From an uncultured delta proteobacterium (GTDB lineage: Bacteria; Desulfobacterota; Desulfobacteria; Desulfobacterales; JAFDCJ01): 64,000 nucleotides of DNA. Below are positions 21,780 to 31,488 of the stretch, piece by piece (position 1 is the first letter of the stretch; each line of letters starts with the position of its first letter). The notes below the pieces were generated by a model, which had not been told where the DNA came from, did not search any database, and saw nothing but the letters and a program-made list of their open reading frames with translations. The stretch is from NCBI GenBank assembly GCA_963769935.1, contig CAVYNY010000019.1, forward strand, positions 32,001 to 96,000. The letters are read 5' to 3'. A program made the position numbers and the translations under genes.

Positions 21780-22001
21780 CTATGGAGCAGATTCTACGGC
21801 TACAACCTCGGGTACTTCCTGCTTTAAAATTCTTTCGATGCCGTTTTTTAGGGTCATTTGAGACATAGGACATCCGCCGCATGCGCCCCGCAGGCGCACC
21901 GTCACGATGCCCTCCTGCACATCCACAAGCTCCACATCGCCGCCGTCGGCCTGGAGCATGGGTCTTATTTTCTGCAATGCTGCTTCAACTTTTTCCTTCA
22001 T
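21780..22001 (-). CDS. Stand-alone Nfu (NifU C-terminal domain) protein
   Basis: [14 protein letters not shown]...GACGGCPMS. Confidence 0.93.
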   Translation of the reverse strand: MKEKVEAALQKIRPMLQADGGDVELVDVQEGIVTVRLRGACGGCPMSQMTLKNGIERILKQEVPEVVAVESAP

Positions 22002-22192
22002 GATATTTTCTCCTTTGTTCCGGTTTCGTGCGTTGTGATCGTTGAGCTCGTTAAGATGGTTTAGATCGTTTAAAGGTTCAGGGTTATAGATTCTGGACTC
22101 TGCGTTAAAGACCCCGAAAGGTATAAATTATTCTGTCCTCTGTCTTCTTTCTGCTGACACATCGTACGAAACTTCACTTATTTCGACTGCCG

Positions 22193-22250
22193 ACGTAGGG
22201 CGGGCCTCCGTGCCCGCCGGAATGGGTCGGCGCGGAGGCCGACCCTACGT
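22193..22250. repeat. Inverted pair of GTAG-type REP-like sequences (REPIN-like)
   Basis: acGTAGggcgggcctccgtgcccgcc ... ggtcggcgcggaggccgaccCTACgt; each half is an imperfect palindrome after GTAG. Confidence 0.75.
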
Positions 22251-22377
22251 AAGTGCATGATCAGCGTTTCTTTTATGATTAAATTGACCGCTCCGCGGCC
22301 AGCTGCTGGGCTGCCTGCCCTGCGCAGCCTGGAAGGCGAAGCGGAGACACCTGACACCTTATCTCCCGGCCCCACCG

Positions 22378-23496
<1,119 letters not shown>

Positions 23497-24561
23497 TCAA
23501 TAAATAAACATCGCATCCCCGTAACTATAAAACCGATAACGGCATCTGACCGCCTCCCGGTAAGCATCCAATACCTTCTGCCGGCCGGCAAAGGCCGTTA
23601 CCAGCATCAGCAGCGTCGATTTGGGCAAATGAAAATTCGTGATCAGGGCATCGACGATTTTAAATCGGAATCCAGGGTAGATAAACAGGTCGCAAGTGCC
23701 GCAGCCCGCTTCTATCCTGCCGTCGGCATTGGCCGCGTACTCGAGTGTGCGCACGCAGGTGGTGCCGACGGCAACCACTCGGTGTCCGGCGCTCCGGGCC
23801 GAATTTATCGTTTCGGCCGTCGCGGCGGCAATGGAAAACTGCTCTGAATGCATTTGATGCTGCCGTATGTCGGTGACTCTGACCGGCATAAACGTTCCGC
23901 AGCCGACGTGCAGCGTCAGTTCCACAATTTTAATCCCGCCGGCGCTCAGCTCACTGAGAAGGTTTGACGTAAAATGCAGACCGGCAGTCGGGGCCGCCAC
24001 CGCTCCCTTGCGGCTGGCATATACCGTCTGGTAGGACGTCAGGTCGTCACAGGGAGACCTCCTCCCGGAATTTCTTTTAATATAAGGCGGAAGGGGCACT
24101 TGTCCAATCTTGTACAGCAACGACTCAAAATCGCCGGCTGTGTGAAATTCAAGGGTACAGGCACCATTGCCGGAGTCCAGAACTTTGGCCTTCAGGTCGT
24201 CTGCAAAGTGCAGCCAACTTCCGGGCCGGGGACGTTTGGAGGCCTTCACCAGACACCGGCAGGCAAACCGGCCGTTTGCCTCCTCTGACCGGCGTCCGCC
24301 GGCATAATCGGCGATCAGCAACTCGACCTTGCCTCCGCTTTCTTTTCTGCCCTCCAGACGGGCGGGGATTACGGCCGTGTTGTTTATCACCAGAACATCG
24401 CCGGGTTTGAGGAAATCACCAATAGCGTTGAAGGTTGCATGCAATAAGCCGCCGGTTCGACGGTCCAGGCACAAGAGTTTCGAACGATCCCTTTGTAAAG
24501 CCGGTTGCTGGGCAATTAAATCGGCCGGCAGATCGTAGTGATAGTCGTTTAAAGAATACAT
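23497..24561 (-). CDS. queA: SAM:tRNA ribosyltransferase-isomerase
   Basis: PLPPYI, YQTVYA, AAPTAGLHF, VGTT, TNFHLPKSTL, FYSYGDAM. Confidence 0.97.
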   Translation of the reverse strand: MYSLNDYHYDLPADLIAQQPALQRDRSKLLCLDRRTGGLLHATFNAIGDFLKPGDVLVINNTAVIPARLEGRKESGGKVELLIADYAGGRRSEEANGRFACRCLVKASKRPRPGSWLHFADDLKAKVLDSGNGACTLEFHTAGDFESLLYKIGQVPLPPYIKRNSGRRSPCDDLTSYQTVYASRKGAVAAPTAGLHFTSNLLSELSAGGIKIVELTLHVGCGTFMPVRVTDIRQHQMHSEQFSIAAATAETINSARSAGHRVVAVGTTCVRTLEYAANADGRIEAGCGTCDLFIYPGFRFKIVDALITNFHLPKSTLLMLVTAFAGRQKVLDAYREAVRCRYRFYSYGDAMFIY

Positions 24562-24562
24562 C

Positions 24563-24748
24563 CTAATACCTGCCGAAGTAAACCAATACCAACCCGAGCA
24601 CCATTAGCACAAGTCCGAACCTCCGCAACGAACCTTCCGGCGTCGCGGCTATCTTTTTAATCCAGAATTTCATTTTTTCCGGAAAGGCAAAATAAGGCAG
24701 CCCTTCGATGACCATGACCATTCCAATGACGCACAGAAAATACTTCAT
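24563..24748 (-). CDS. DUF2065-family small membrane protein
   Basis: 61 aa; GMVMVIEGLPYFAFP...LRRFGL. Confidence 0.85.
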   Translation of the reverse strand: MKYFLCVIGMVMVIEGLPYFAFPEKMKFWIKKIAATPEGSLRRFGLVLMVLGLVLVYFGRY

Positions 24749-25195
24749 ACTTTTCAGACCTGTCCAATTTCGATACGCGACTGAGAAGGTTGAATATAAT
24801 CTGTTGAATCGAGTTTTGTCAAAGCAAAATGAATCCGCTTGGCTGTCATAGAAAAAGGCGGCATCATGTCCGACCCGAACCCGGCCCAATATACCCTTAC
24901 CAAACATGAAGAGTTAAAAACATTTATCCAACGTTGGGGTATATTCTCCCGCCGTAAAACAGGGCCATAAACCGAACTGATCCCTCCGCATCTTCTGACA
25001 GCCGGCGATTCACATCGGAGACCGTCCTTGCCCGGCTTGCAAATGGGCTTTCAGTGGTTAAGTTAATGCTCTCAAATTTATTCTTGTCATACCTACGCAT
25101 TAATAGTAATAATTACGAATTCATAGAATTGCCAAAGCCTGAAGATATTCCTCTGGCTGCCCGATGTTGTATTCATTAGGGTAAAGGAGCTTGCC

Positions 25196-27712
25196 ATGGT
25201 TAAAGCTGAACCATCTATTGTCAAGCGTTCCCTGTATTCCTGGATTCTCCCCGGCAATCTTAAACTGCAATTGCTGCTTCTGATCATCATCCTCGTGATG
25301 GTATTTACCAGGGTCTTGCCGCTTGAAATGCAAAAACGCATCGTCAATCAAGCCATCAAGCTGAGGAGCATTGATATGCTGTTTTTGTATTGCGGCATCT
25401 ACCTGGCGGCGGTGGTTTTCTCCAGTCTGCTGAAATACCTGACAAATATCATTCAAACCCGTCTCACCGAGCTGACCACCGCCCGCATGCGCAAAGCGCT
25501 GTACCAGCACATCCTGACCCTGCCGCTAAGCTATTTCAGAAAAACTCAGCCCGGATCCGTTGTCAATGCCCTTGTTTCCGAGTTAACCCTGCCCGGCAAT
25601 TTCGTCGGGATGGCAGTGGCAGCACCCGTCTCCAACCTTCTAACCCTGCTGGCTTTTGCCGGCTACCTGTTCTGGCTCAATCCGCTGTTGGCGGTCGTAT
25701 CGTTGAGTATTTATCCGTTCGTCATATTATTGCTGCCACTGCTGCAACGGGGCGTCAATAGGGCCAATAGAAAACGGGTGTACACGGCCCGCTCGCTATC
25801 GTCGCGCATTGCGGAATCCATCTCCGGCATTCATGAAATCCACGGCAACGGTTCCTATAAGTTGGAGGGCGACAAATACAACAAGCTGGTCAACAGGTTG
25901 CTGAAAATCAGAATCGTTTGGAGCCTGTATCGATTCGGCGTCAAAACGCTCAACGGGTTTTTCACCGGCCTGGGCCCTTTTCTGGTATTTATCCTGGGCG
26001 GCTGGCTGACCATCAAAGGCCGGCTGGAACTGGGTGCCCTGGTCGCGTTTCTGTCGGCCCAGGAACGTTTATTTGATCCCTGGAAAGAACTCATCGAGTT
26101 TTATCAGGTCTTCCAGGACGGCAAGGTCAACTACGATCGCACCATGGAATATTTTGACGTTGAACCGGAGTACGAACTTGAGCCCCGTGACCGCGAACCG
26201 CTGGAGTTGGAGGGCAGCGTGGAGGTAAAGGATTTGTCTTTCGTAACCGACAGCGGCATTCACCTGCTCGACGGCATCAACATGTCCTTGAAACAAGGCG
26301 AGCATATGGCGCTGGTGGGATTTTCCGGCAGCGGCAAAAGCACGCTGGCGCTTTGTATCGGACAGCTTTACAAATACACCGGCGGCAGTGTGATGATCGG
26401 CGACAAGGAAGTTTCCGGGCTTACCAAAAGAGACATGATAAACAATATGGGGTTTGTGGCCCAAAGCCCGTTCATTTTCGACGGTACGATTGAAGAAAAC
26501 ATTCTCTACTCCTGCCAGGCCAAATTCGGAGGCAACGGTCAGGGGGTAGGAAAAAACGGCATGCCCTCCCTGGACGACATTATCGCCGTCCTCCATCAAA
26601 CCGGCATTTTCGTTGACGTGCTGCGTTTTGGACTTAACGCTATTTTAACCCACGATCGGCATGAGGAGTTGATCAATGCGATCATCCGCATCCGCAAAAA
26701 CTTCAGACAGGACTACGGTGAAGAACTGGCGGATTATGTCGAATTTTTTGATGAAAATAAATATCTTTACTTCTCCAGCGTGGCTGAAAACCTGACTTTC
26801 GGCGCTCCCAACAAAGCTGAATTTGCCGCCGAAAATTTGGCTAAAAGCAGCTATTTTCTAAATTTTCTGGATACCGCCGATCTGACCCGCCCGCTGCTCA
26901 GCCTGGGCGCCAATCTCTGCCGGCAAACGGTTGACATTCTGGGCAATTTGCCGCCTGACGCCGTTTTTTTTCAACAAAGTCCCCTAAACCCGGAGGAACT
27001 GGAAGATTTCAAAGTTCTGGAAGAACATTTGAAGAAAAAGAGACTGCATGAACTGGATGATGGGGAACGCCAAAAACTGCTGGAACTGGGCTTGCGATTT
27101 ACACCCGGTATTCATAAGATGGCCGCGCTGCCGGAAATTCTGGAAACATTGATCCTTGAAAGTCGGGCGCTGTTTCACGATAAAATTGCGGAAGACGACC
27201 CGGACGCCTTTACTTTTTATCAAATGTCGGAATACATATATTCTCAGACCATTCTGAACAATATCTTTTTCGGTAAAACAAAAACCGCCAATCCCCAGGC
27301 CCAGGACAAAATCGACCAGAACATTATTCAGCTTTTAATTGAGGAAGATTTTTTGGAAGCCATAATTGAAATCGGCATGCACTATCAGGTCGGCACCAAG
27401 GGAGATAAATTGTCCGGCGGGCAGCAGCAAAAGCTGGCGATTGCCCGAATATTTCTCAAGGCGCCCCGGATTTTGATAATGGACGAAGCGACGTCGGCGC
27501 TTGACAACAAATCCCAGACCCGCATTCAAAACCTGCTGGAAACCCGCTGGAAGAAGAAAAGCACCGTGGTTTCCGTTGTTCACCGGCTGGATACCATCAA
27601 AAACTATGACAAGGTCGCGGTCATGAAAGCCGGCAAAATTCTGGAAATGGGCACCTATGATGAACTGATAGCCCGGAAAGGAATGCTTTATGAGCTTGTC
27701 GGAAAGAAATAA
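25196..27712 (+). CDS. ABC exporter (TMD+NBD fusion) with a large insertion inside the NBD
   Basis: Multi-TM N-terminus; GFSGSGKS, FVAQ, LSGGQ, IMDEATSALD, VHRL. Confidence 0.92.
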   Translation: MVKAEPSIVKRSLYSWILPGNLKLQLLLLIIILVMVFTRVLPLEMQKRIVNQAIKLRSIDMLFLYCGIYLAAVVFSSLLKYLTNIIQTRLTELTTARMRKALYQHILTLPLSYFRKTQPGSVVNALVSELTLPGNFVGMAVAAPVSNLLTLLAFAGYLFWLNPLLAVVSLSIYPFVILLLPLLQRGVNRANRKRVYTARSLSSRIAESISGIHEIHGNGSYKLEGDKYNKLVNRLLKIRIVWSLYRFGVKTLNGFFTGLGPFLVFILGGWLTIKGRLELGALVAFLSAQERLFDPWKELIEFYQVFQDGKVNYDRTMEYFDVEPEYELEPRDREPLELEGSVEVKDLSFVTDSGIHLLDGINMSLKQGEHMALVGFSGSGKSTLALCIGQLYKYTGGSVMIGDKEVSGLTKRDMINNMGFVAQSPFIFDGTIEENILYSCQAKFGGNGQGVGKNGMPSLDDIIAVLHQTGIFVDVLRFGLNAILTHDRHEELINAIIRIRKNFRQDYGEELADYVEFFDENKYLYFSSVAENLTFGAPNKAEFAAENLAKSSYFLNFLDTADLTRPLLSLGANLCRQTVDILGNLPPDAVFFQQSPLNPEELEDFKVLEEHLKKKRLHELDDGERQKLLELGLRFTPGIHKMAALPEILETLILESRALFHDKIAEDDPDAFTFYQMSEYIYSQTILNNIFFGKTKTANPQAQDKIDQNIIQLLIEEDFLEAIIEIGMHYQVGTKGDKLSGGQQQKLAIARIFLKAPRILIMDEATSALDNKSQTRIQNLLETRWKKKSTVVSVVHRLDTIKNYDKVAVMKAGKILEMGTYDELIARKGMLYELVGKK

Positions 27713-28214
27713 GCCAAACCCCTCAAGTGAATTCCAGGAAAATCTGGATATCTTGCGACAAACCTACTTTTTCTCCGGACTTCCACTTGAAACCCTTAAA
27801 ATTTTCGCTTATCTTTGTACCAGGGAAAGATTCAGACAAGGTGAGCATATTTTCCGTCAGGACGAAGACGACGGCCAGGCGTTTTATATTATCGATGGCA
27901 AAGCCATACTCGAGCGCAGAAACAACGGCGATATTTCCGAGATCCGTGACTGTAAGGCCGGGGAATTTCTGGGAGGCTTGACGTTGCTGGGTGAAACGGG
28001 CCGATTATTTTCGCTGAAATCAGTTTCGAACACAACCTGCCTAGTATTGAGCCGGGAGAAATTTTCCAAAACCATGGAACAGTTTCCCGGTTTGATGATG
28101 AAGATATGCAAAGCCGTGGCCCAGCATATCGATACCTGGGAAAAGCGGTTTCTTGCCGACCAAGGGGATCAATGTGGTGGATGCATCGGAAGATTGGGAG
28201 TCACTCTTATCTGA
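27690..28214 (+). CDS. Cyclic nucleotide-binding domain protein
   Basis: FRQGEHIFRQDEDDGQAFYIIDG...GEFLGG...R; no HTH; overlaps the ABC gene end. Confidence 0.85.
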   Translation: MSLSERNKPNPSSEFQENLDILRQTYFFSGLPLETLKIFAYLCTRERFRQGEHIFRQDEDDGQAFYIIDGKAILERRNNGDISEIRDCKAGEFLGGLTLLGETGRLFSLKSVSNTTCLVLSREKFSKTMEQFPGLMMKICKAVAQHIDTWEKRFLADQGDQCGGCIGRLGVTLI

Positions 28215-28305
28215 GCTGCGGCGGCGGGGCAAAATCACAAAAGGAGTGTGATGGAACAGCAGGATCAGAAGCCCTGAACGCGGATCTTCGAAAGGTGGTC
28301 GCTTT

Positions 28306-28737
28306 ATGGCGAAAAAAAAGTATTCATTTGAACTCAAGAGCAGCCTGGGCGAATTAGATAATTTATGCCTGAATCTGGAAACTCTCGGCGAAAAAATCGG
28401 ATTATCCAAGAAACTGGTCTTTGAGATAAACCTGGCGTTGGATGAATTGTTCACCAACATCATCTCCTACGGATTCAGCGACGAAGAAGAGCATACCATC
28501 AAGGTGACCATAACCCCGCATAAAGGGAAAATTTGCCTGAGCATCGAGGATGACGGCATACCGTTCAATCCGATCGAATTTGAAACTCCTGATGTCGCCT
28601 GCTCGGTGGAAAACTGTAAAATCGGGGGACTGGGAATTCACATTATGCGCAAGCTGATGGACGATATATGCTATCAGCGCTGCGGGGATAAAAACGTTTT
28701 AACGCTCAAAAAAAACCTCTCGCAAGATGAATCTTAA
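28306..28737 (+). CDS. Anti-sigma factor / Ser kinase (RsbW/SpoIIAB-like HATPase)
   Basis: LDELFTNIISYG, EDDGIPFNP, GGLGIHI. Confidence 0.9.
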   Translation: MAKKKYSFELKSSLGELDNLCLNLETLGEKIGLSKKLVFEINLALDELFTNIISYGFSDEEEHTIKVTITPHKGKICLSIEDDGIPFNPIEFETPDVACSVENCKIGGLGIHIMRKLMDDICYQRCGDKNVLTLKKNLSQDES

Positions 28738-28805
28738 TTCTAAAGAATACTCCAACACAAAATACGCGAACGGATTTTTAATACGAGCCAACTGGGAGGA
28801 TGGTA

Positions 28806-29138
28806 ATGGAAATTATCGAGGAAAAACAAAGCGGCATCAACATCTTTAAACTTAACGGTCGCCTGGATTCGAATACATCACAAGGATTTGAGCAAAAACT
28901 TTTTCAAGCGATCTCCGACGGGTCGAAAAATGTGGTTGTTGATTTTAAGGATCTCGACTATATCTCAAGTGCCGGTTTGCGTGTTATCTTAAAAGCCACG
29001 AAAGCCATCAAACGCGAAGACGGCCGACTCATGCTCTGCTCCATGCAGGATTATGTCAAAGAAGTCTTCGAAATTGCAGGGTTTGACTCCTTCCTACCCA
29101 TTGTTGCCACCATGGACGATGCGCTCAAGTCATTTTAG
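28806..29138 (+). CDS. STAS-domain anti-anti-sigma factor (RsbV/SpoIIAA-like)
   Basis: GRLD, DYISSAGLR (phospho-Ser), VFEIAGF; SD gggagg. Confidence 0.92.
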   Translation: MEIIEEKQSGINIFKLNGRLDSNTSQGFEQKLFQAISDGSKNVVVDFKDLDYISSAGLRVILKATKAIKREDGRLMLCSMQDYVKEVFEIAGFDSFLPIVATMDDALKSF

Positions 29139-29213
29139 GCGTTATGTTAGCGTGAAATTCAATGATAAACAGCTTCAACTTGTGAGCTTGCCATTTCGGC
29201 AAATTTGACATCC

Positions 29214-29246
29214 GAGTCCCGCTGCAGGCGGGATTCGTCTTTTCTT
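29214..29246 (+). terminator. Putative intrinsic terminator between convergent genes
   Basis: gagtcccgc-tgcag-gcgggattc stem followed by gtcttttctt. Confidence 0.4.
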
Positions 29247-29256
29247 CCGCCAAAAT

Positions 29257-29640
29257 TCATCGCAGGCCGAGGAGACCGCGCTGCCCCAGTTGTTTGATGA
29301 AACTAGTCACGGAAACCTCGGCTTCCCTGTTTTCCAAACGATGAGTTTCGGCAAAAATCCGGACAATCCGGCGCACGGATCGATTCCCATCCACCAAATC
29401 CCATACGGCGGTTCCCATAGCATCCAACTGAAGCTTTTTGGTATGAACTCGATCCGTTGGGCCTCCCAGACGCTTGGCCAGAGCAGCAATCCACGGCCTT
29501 GCCGTCAGCGGATATTCTAAGAGCACCTCCCCGTTCTCAAGCCGTGTTTCAGCAATATGAAGGCTTTTGGCCGGTCGGCATTCAAGCGCATGGCTGCGCG
29601 ATAGCTGACTTTTTCGATGCTTGCTTTTAAAGACTTTCAT
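29257..29640 (-). CDS. PqqD-family / RRE-like protein
   Basis: C-terminal LDAMGTAVWDLVDGNRSVRRIV...EAEVSVTSFIKQLGQRGLL matches the PqqD winged-helix pattern. Confidence 0.8.
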   Translation of the reverse strand: MKVFKSKHRKSQLSRSHALECRPAKSLHIAETRLENGEVLLEYPLTARPWIAALAKRLGGPTDRVHTKKLQLDAMGTAVWDLVDGNRSVRRIVRIFAETHRLENREAEVSVTSFIKQLGQRGLLGLR

Positions 29641-30583
29641 AATCGGTGCAGATCTGATTCAACAGTTGGAAATCAAGCGCGCGTTTGCTTTCGGCCCGAA
29701 CACCGAGCAGCCGGTTTTTATCGTTCAGATGCCACAGTCGATACCAAAAAAAAGACGGCTTTACTTTCAGCCGGCGGATGGCTCGCCGCCAGTCGTCGGG
29801 GGGCGACACCTGCCATTCTACTGCGGCGTATCCGTCAATCGTCGACCCTTGCGGCTGGCCGGCGGAAAAATCAGGGATCGTTCCGCAAAACCAGACGAGG
29901 TCCCGCCCGCCCAGCAAAGCGGCTGCCGGTGCCCAGCGGTAAAACCGGACGCTTTGCCGACCATCGGAAAATAAAAGTTCATATTTGCCGGTTTCGAACC
30001 GGTAGTGCAACAACCCGAATGGAGCGGGCAGTTTGAGCCGGAGGTCGAAAACTTCCCAGCGTATCATGCCGTCCGAGCTGTGGTCGCGGAAAGATTTGAG
30101 CACCGCCAGCAATACCTTTTCGCGTTCCGGTGAACTATCCCCCGTAAATTGAATCAGGGTTGCATTGCGGCATACAGGGCAAAACAGGATGGCTCCGCGC
30201 CCCCCTGCATTCTGGCTTTGCCACAGAAAACCGCTGGCCTCATAATCCGCCAGAGCCTTTTGCCAGGGCGGCGGCAGAAACCATTCAGCAATGCGGCCTC
30301 TGATGTTGCCGGATTGTGAAGCAGAGAGCCGCTTCAGGTGGGCTCTGTGGGAAAAAGTCCCTTTCACAGATCCCCACTTAACTTCCAGCACGGGTCCGGC
30401 TTCATCCTCCAGTATCAGATGCCGGGTGCCGATCCGGCCGATCTCCCATAGCGGCGGGGTCTTAAACCGGATTCCGTTCCAGGCGACGTGTCTCCAATGG
30501 TTGGTCAAATCGTTAACTTCTGACTTTAGACGCTTAAACAACAGGTTGTCAGATGATTTTGAACTAAAGCTACCGCGGCACAT
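29627..30583 (-). CDS. Hypothetical cytoplasmic Trp-rich protein with two similar halves
   Basis: Long ORF overlapping both neighbours; WNGIRFKTPPLW and WEVFDLRLKLPAPF begin similar segments; start uncertain (TTG at 30508 possible). Confidence 0.75.
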   Translation of the reverse strand: MCRGSFSSKSSDNLLFKRLKSEVNDLTNHWRHVAWNGIRFKTPPLWEIGRIGTRHLILEDEAGPVLEVKWGSVKGTFSHRAHLKRLSASQSGNIRGRIAEWFLPPPWQKALADYEASGFLWQSQNAGGRGAILFCPVCRNATLIQFTGDSSPEREKVLLAVLKSFRDHSSDGMIRWEVFDLRLKLPAPFGLLHYRFETGKYELLFSDGRQSVRFYRWAPAAALLGGRDLVWFCGTIPDFSAGQPQGSTIDGYAAVEWQVSPPDDWRRAIRRLKVKPSFFWYRLWHLNDKNRLLGVRAESKRALDFQLLNQICTDYESL

Positions 30584-31193
30584 AAAGGTTCCAGCCGGTC
30601 AACTCCGTCGTCATCGTTTTAGAATCCTGCTGGCGGAGTTTGTCTAGTTTATCCAGCCCCTTGACTTCGTAGCAGTGTTGATCCTCCTCAATCAGGCTGG
30701 TCATGGTGAGCTTGATGGCATTGCCCAGTTTTTCCTCCGTATCCATTGAGTTGTGCTGCAGGGTCATACTGATTCGGCTGCCGTCCTTGTCGACAAAAGA
30801 CCATTTCCAGCTGATCAGAATATGAAAAGGATCACCGCGATACTCATCCGGCTCACCGTATTTCGCCTTAATCTTCGCAAAAAGTTTTTTATAAAAATCT
30901 TCGCTCGAATCGTCATACTTGAGCTTGATCCTGACGATATGACCCGGCGCCGTGCAGGTGGCATAAGCAATCAATCCGGTTTTAATGCCTTCAAGCGGCC
31001 TTGTCTCCACTTCTTCAATGTTTTCCATATACCGGGTGGGCAAAGCGGTTTCCATGATGACATAGTCTTTGATATCTTCGATTCCGCCGTTTAATTTAAA
31101 AACCGCAATCTGATGCGGCGCATCGGCGGCCGGACAAACATTGGCAATCCATAACAGTGCTGCGCTGGCTGCTAAGACAAGTATCCGTTTCAT
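30570..31193 (-). CDS. Hypothetical secreted/periplasmic protein
   Basis: Sec-type signal MKRILVLAASAALLWIANVCPA; 207 aa. Confidence 0.8.
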   Translation of the reverse strand: MKRILVLAASAALLWIANVCPAADAPHQIAVFKLNGGIEDIKDYVIMETALPTRYMENIEEVETRPLEGIKTGLIAYATCTAPGHIVRIKLKYDDSSEDFYKKLFAKIKAKYGEPDEYRGDPFHILISWKWSFVDKDGSRISMTLQHNSMDTEEKLGNAIKLTMTSLIEEDQHCYEVKGLDKLDKLRQQDSKTMTTELTGWNLYVPR

Positions 31194-31488
31194 ACGGGGC
31201 TCCGATCTGATATTGACGAATGACGAATGTCGATTGACGAATTAAGGTATCCAATCAATTTAAATTTATTATAGTATAGGCAGACTACCAGGATGAAGCA
31301 AGCCTTATGAGCGACTATTTACAAACGATCTGCCGGCGGGGAATCTGATCTATACTTACATAAATTAAAAACCAGGATTTTCATATCCGTGAACCCTGAA
31401 CCTCTGATCCTCTAAACTCTAAACTCTGAACCCTGAACTTTGAACCTTGAACCCTCATTCTTCATTGGTCAATCTTCATTCGTCATTC

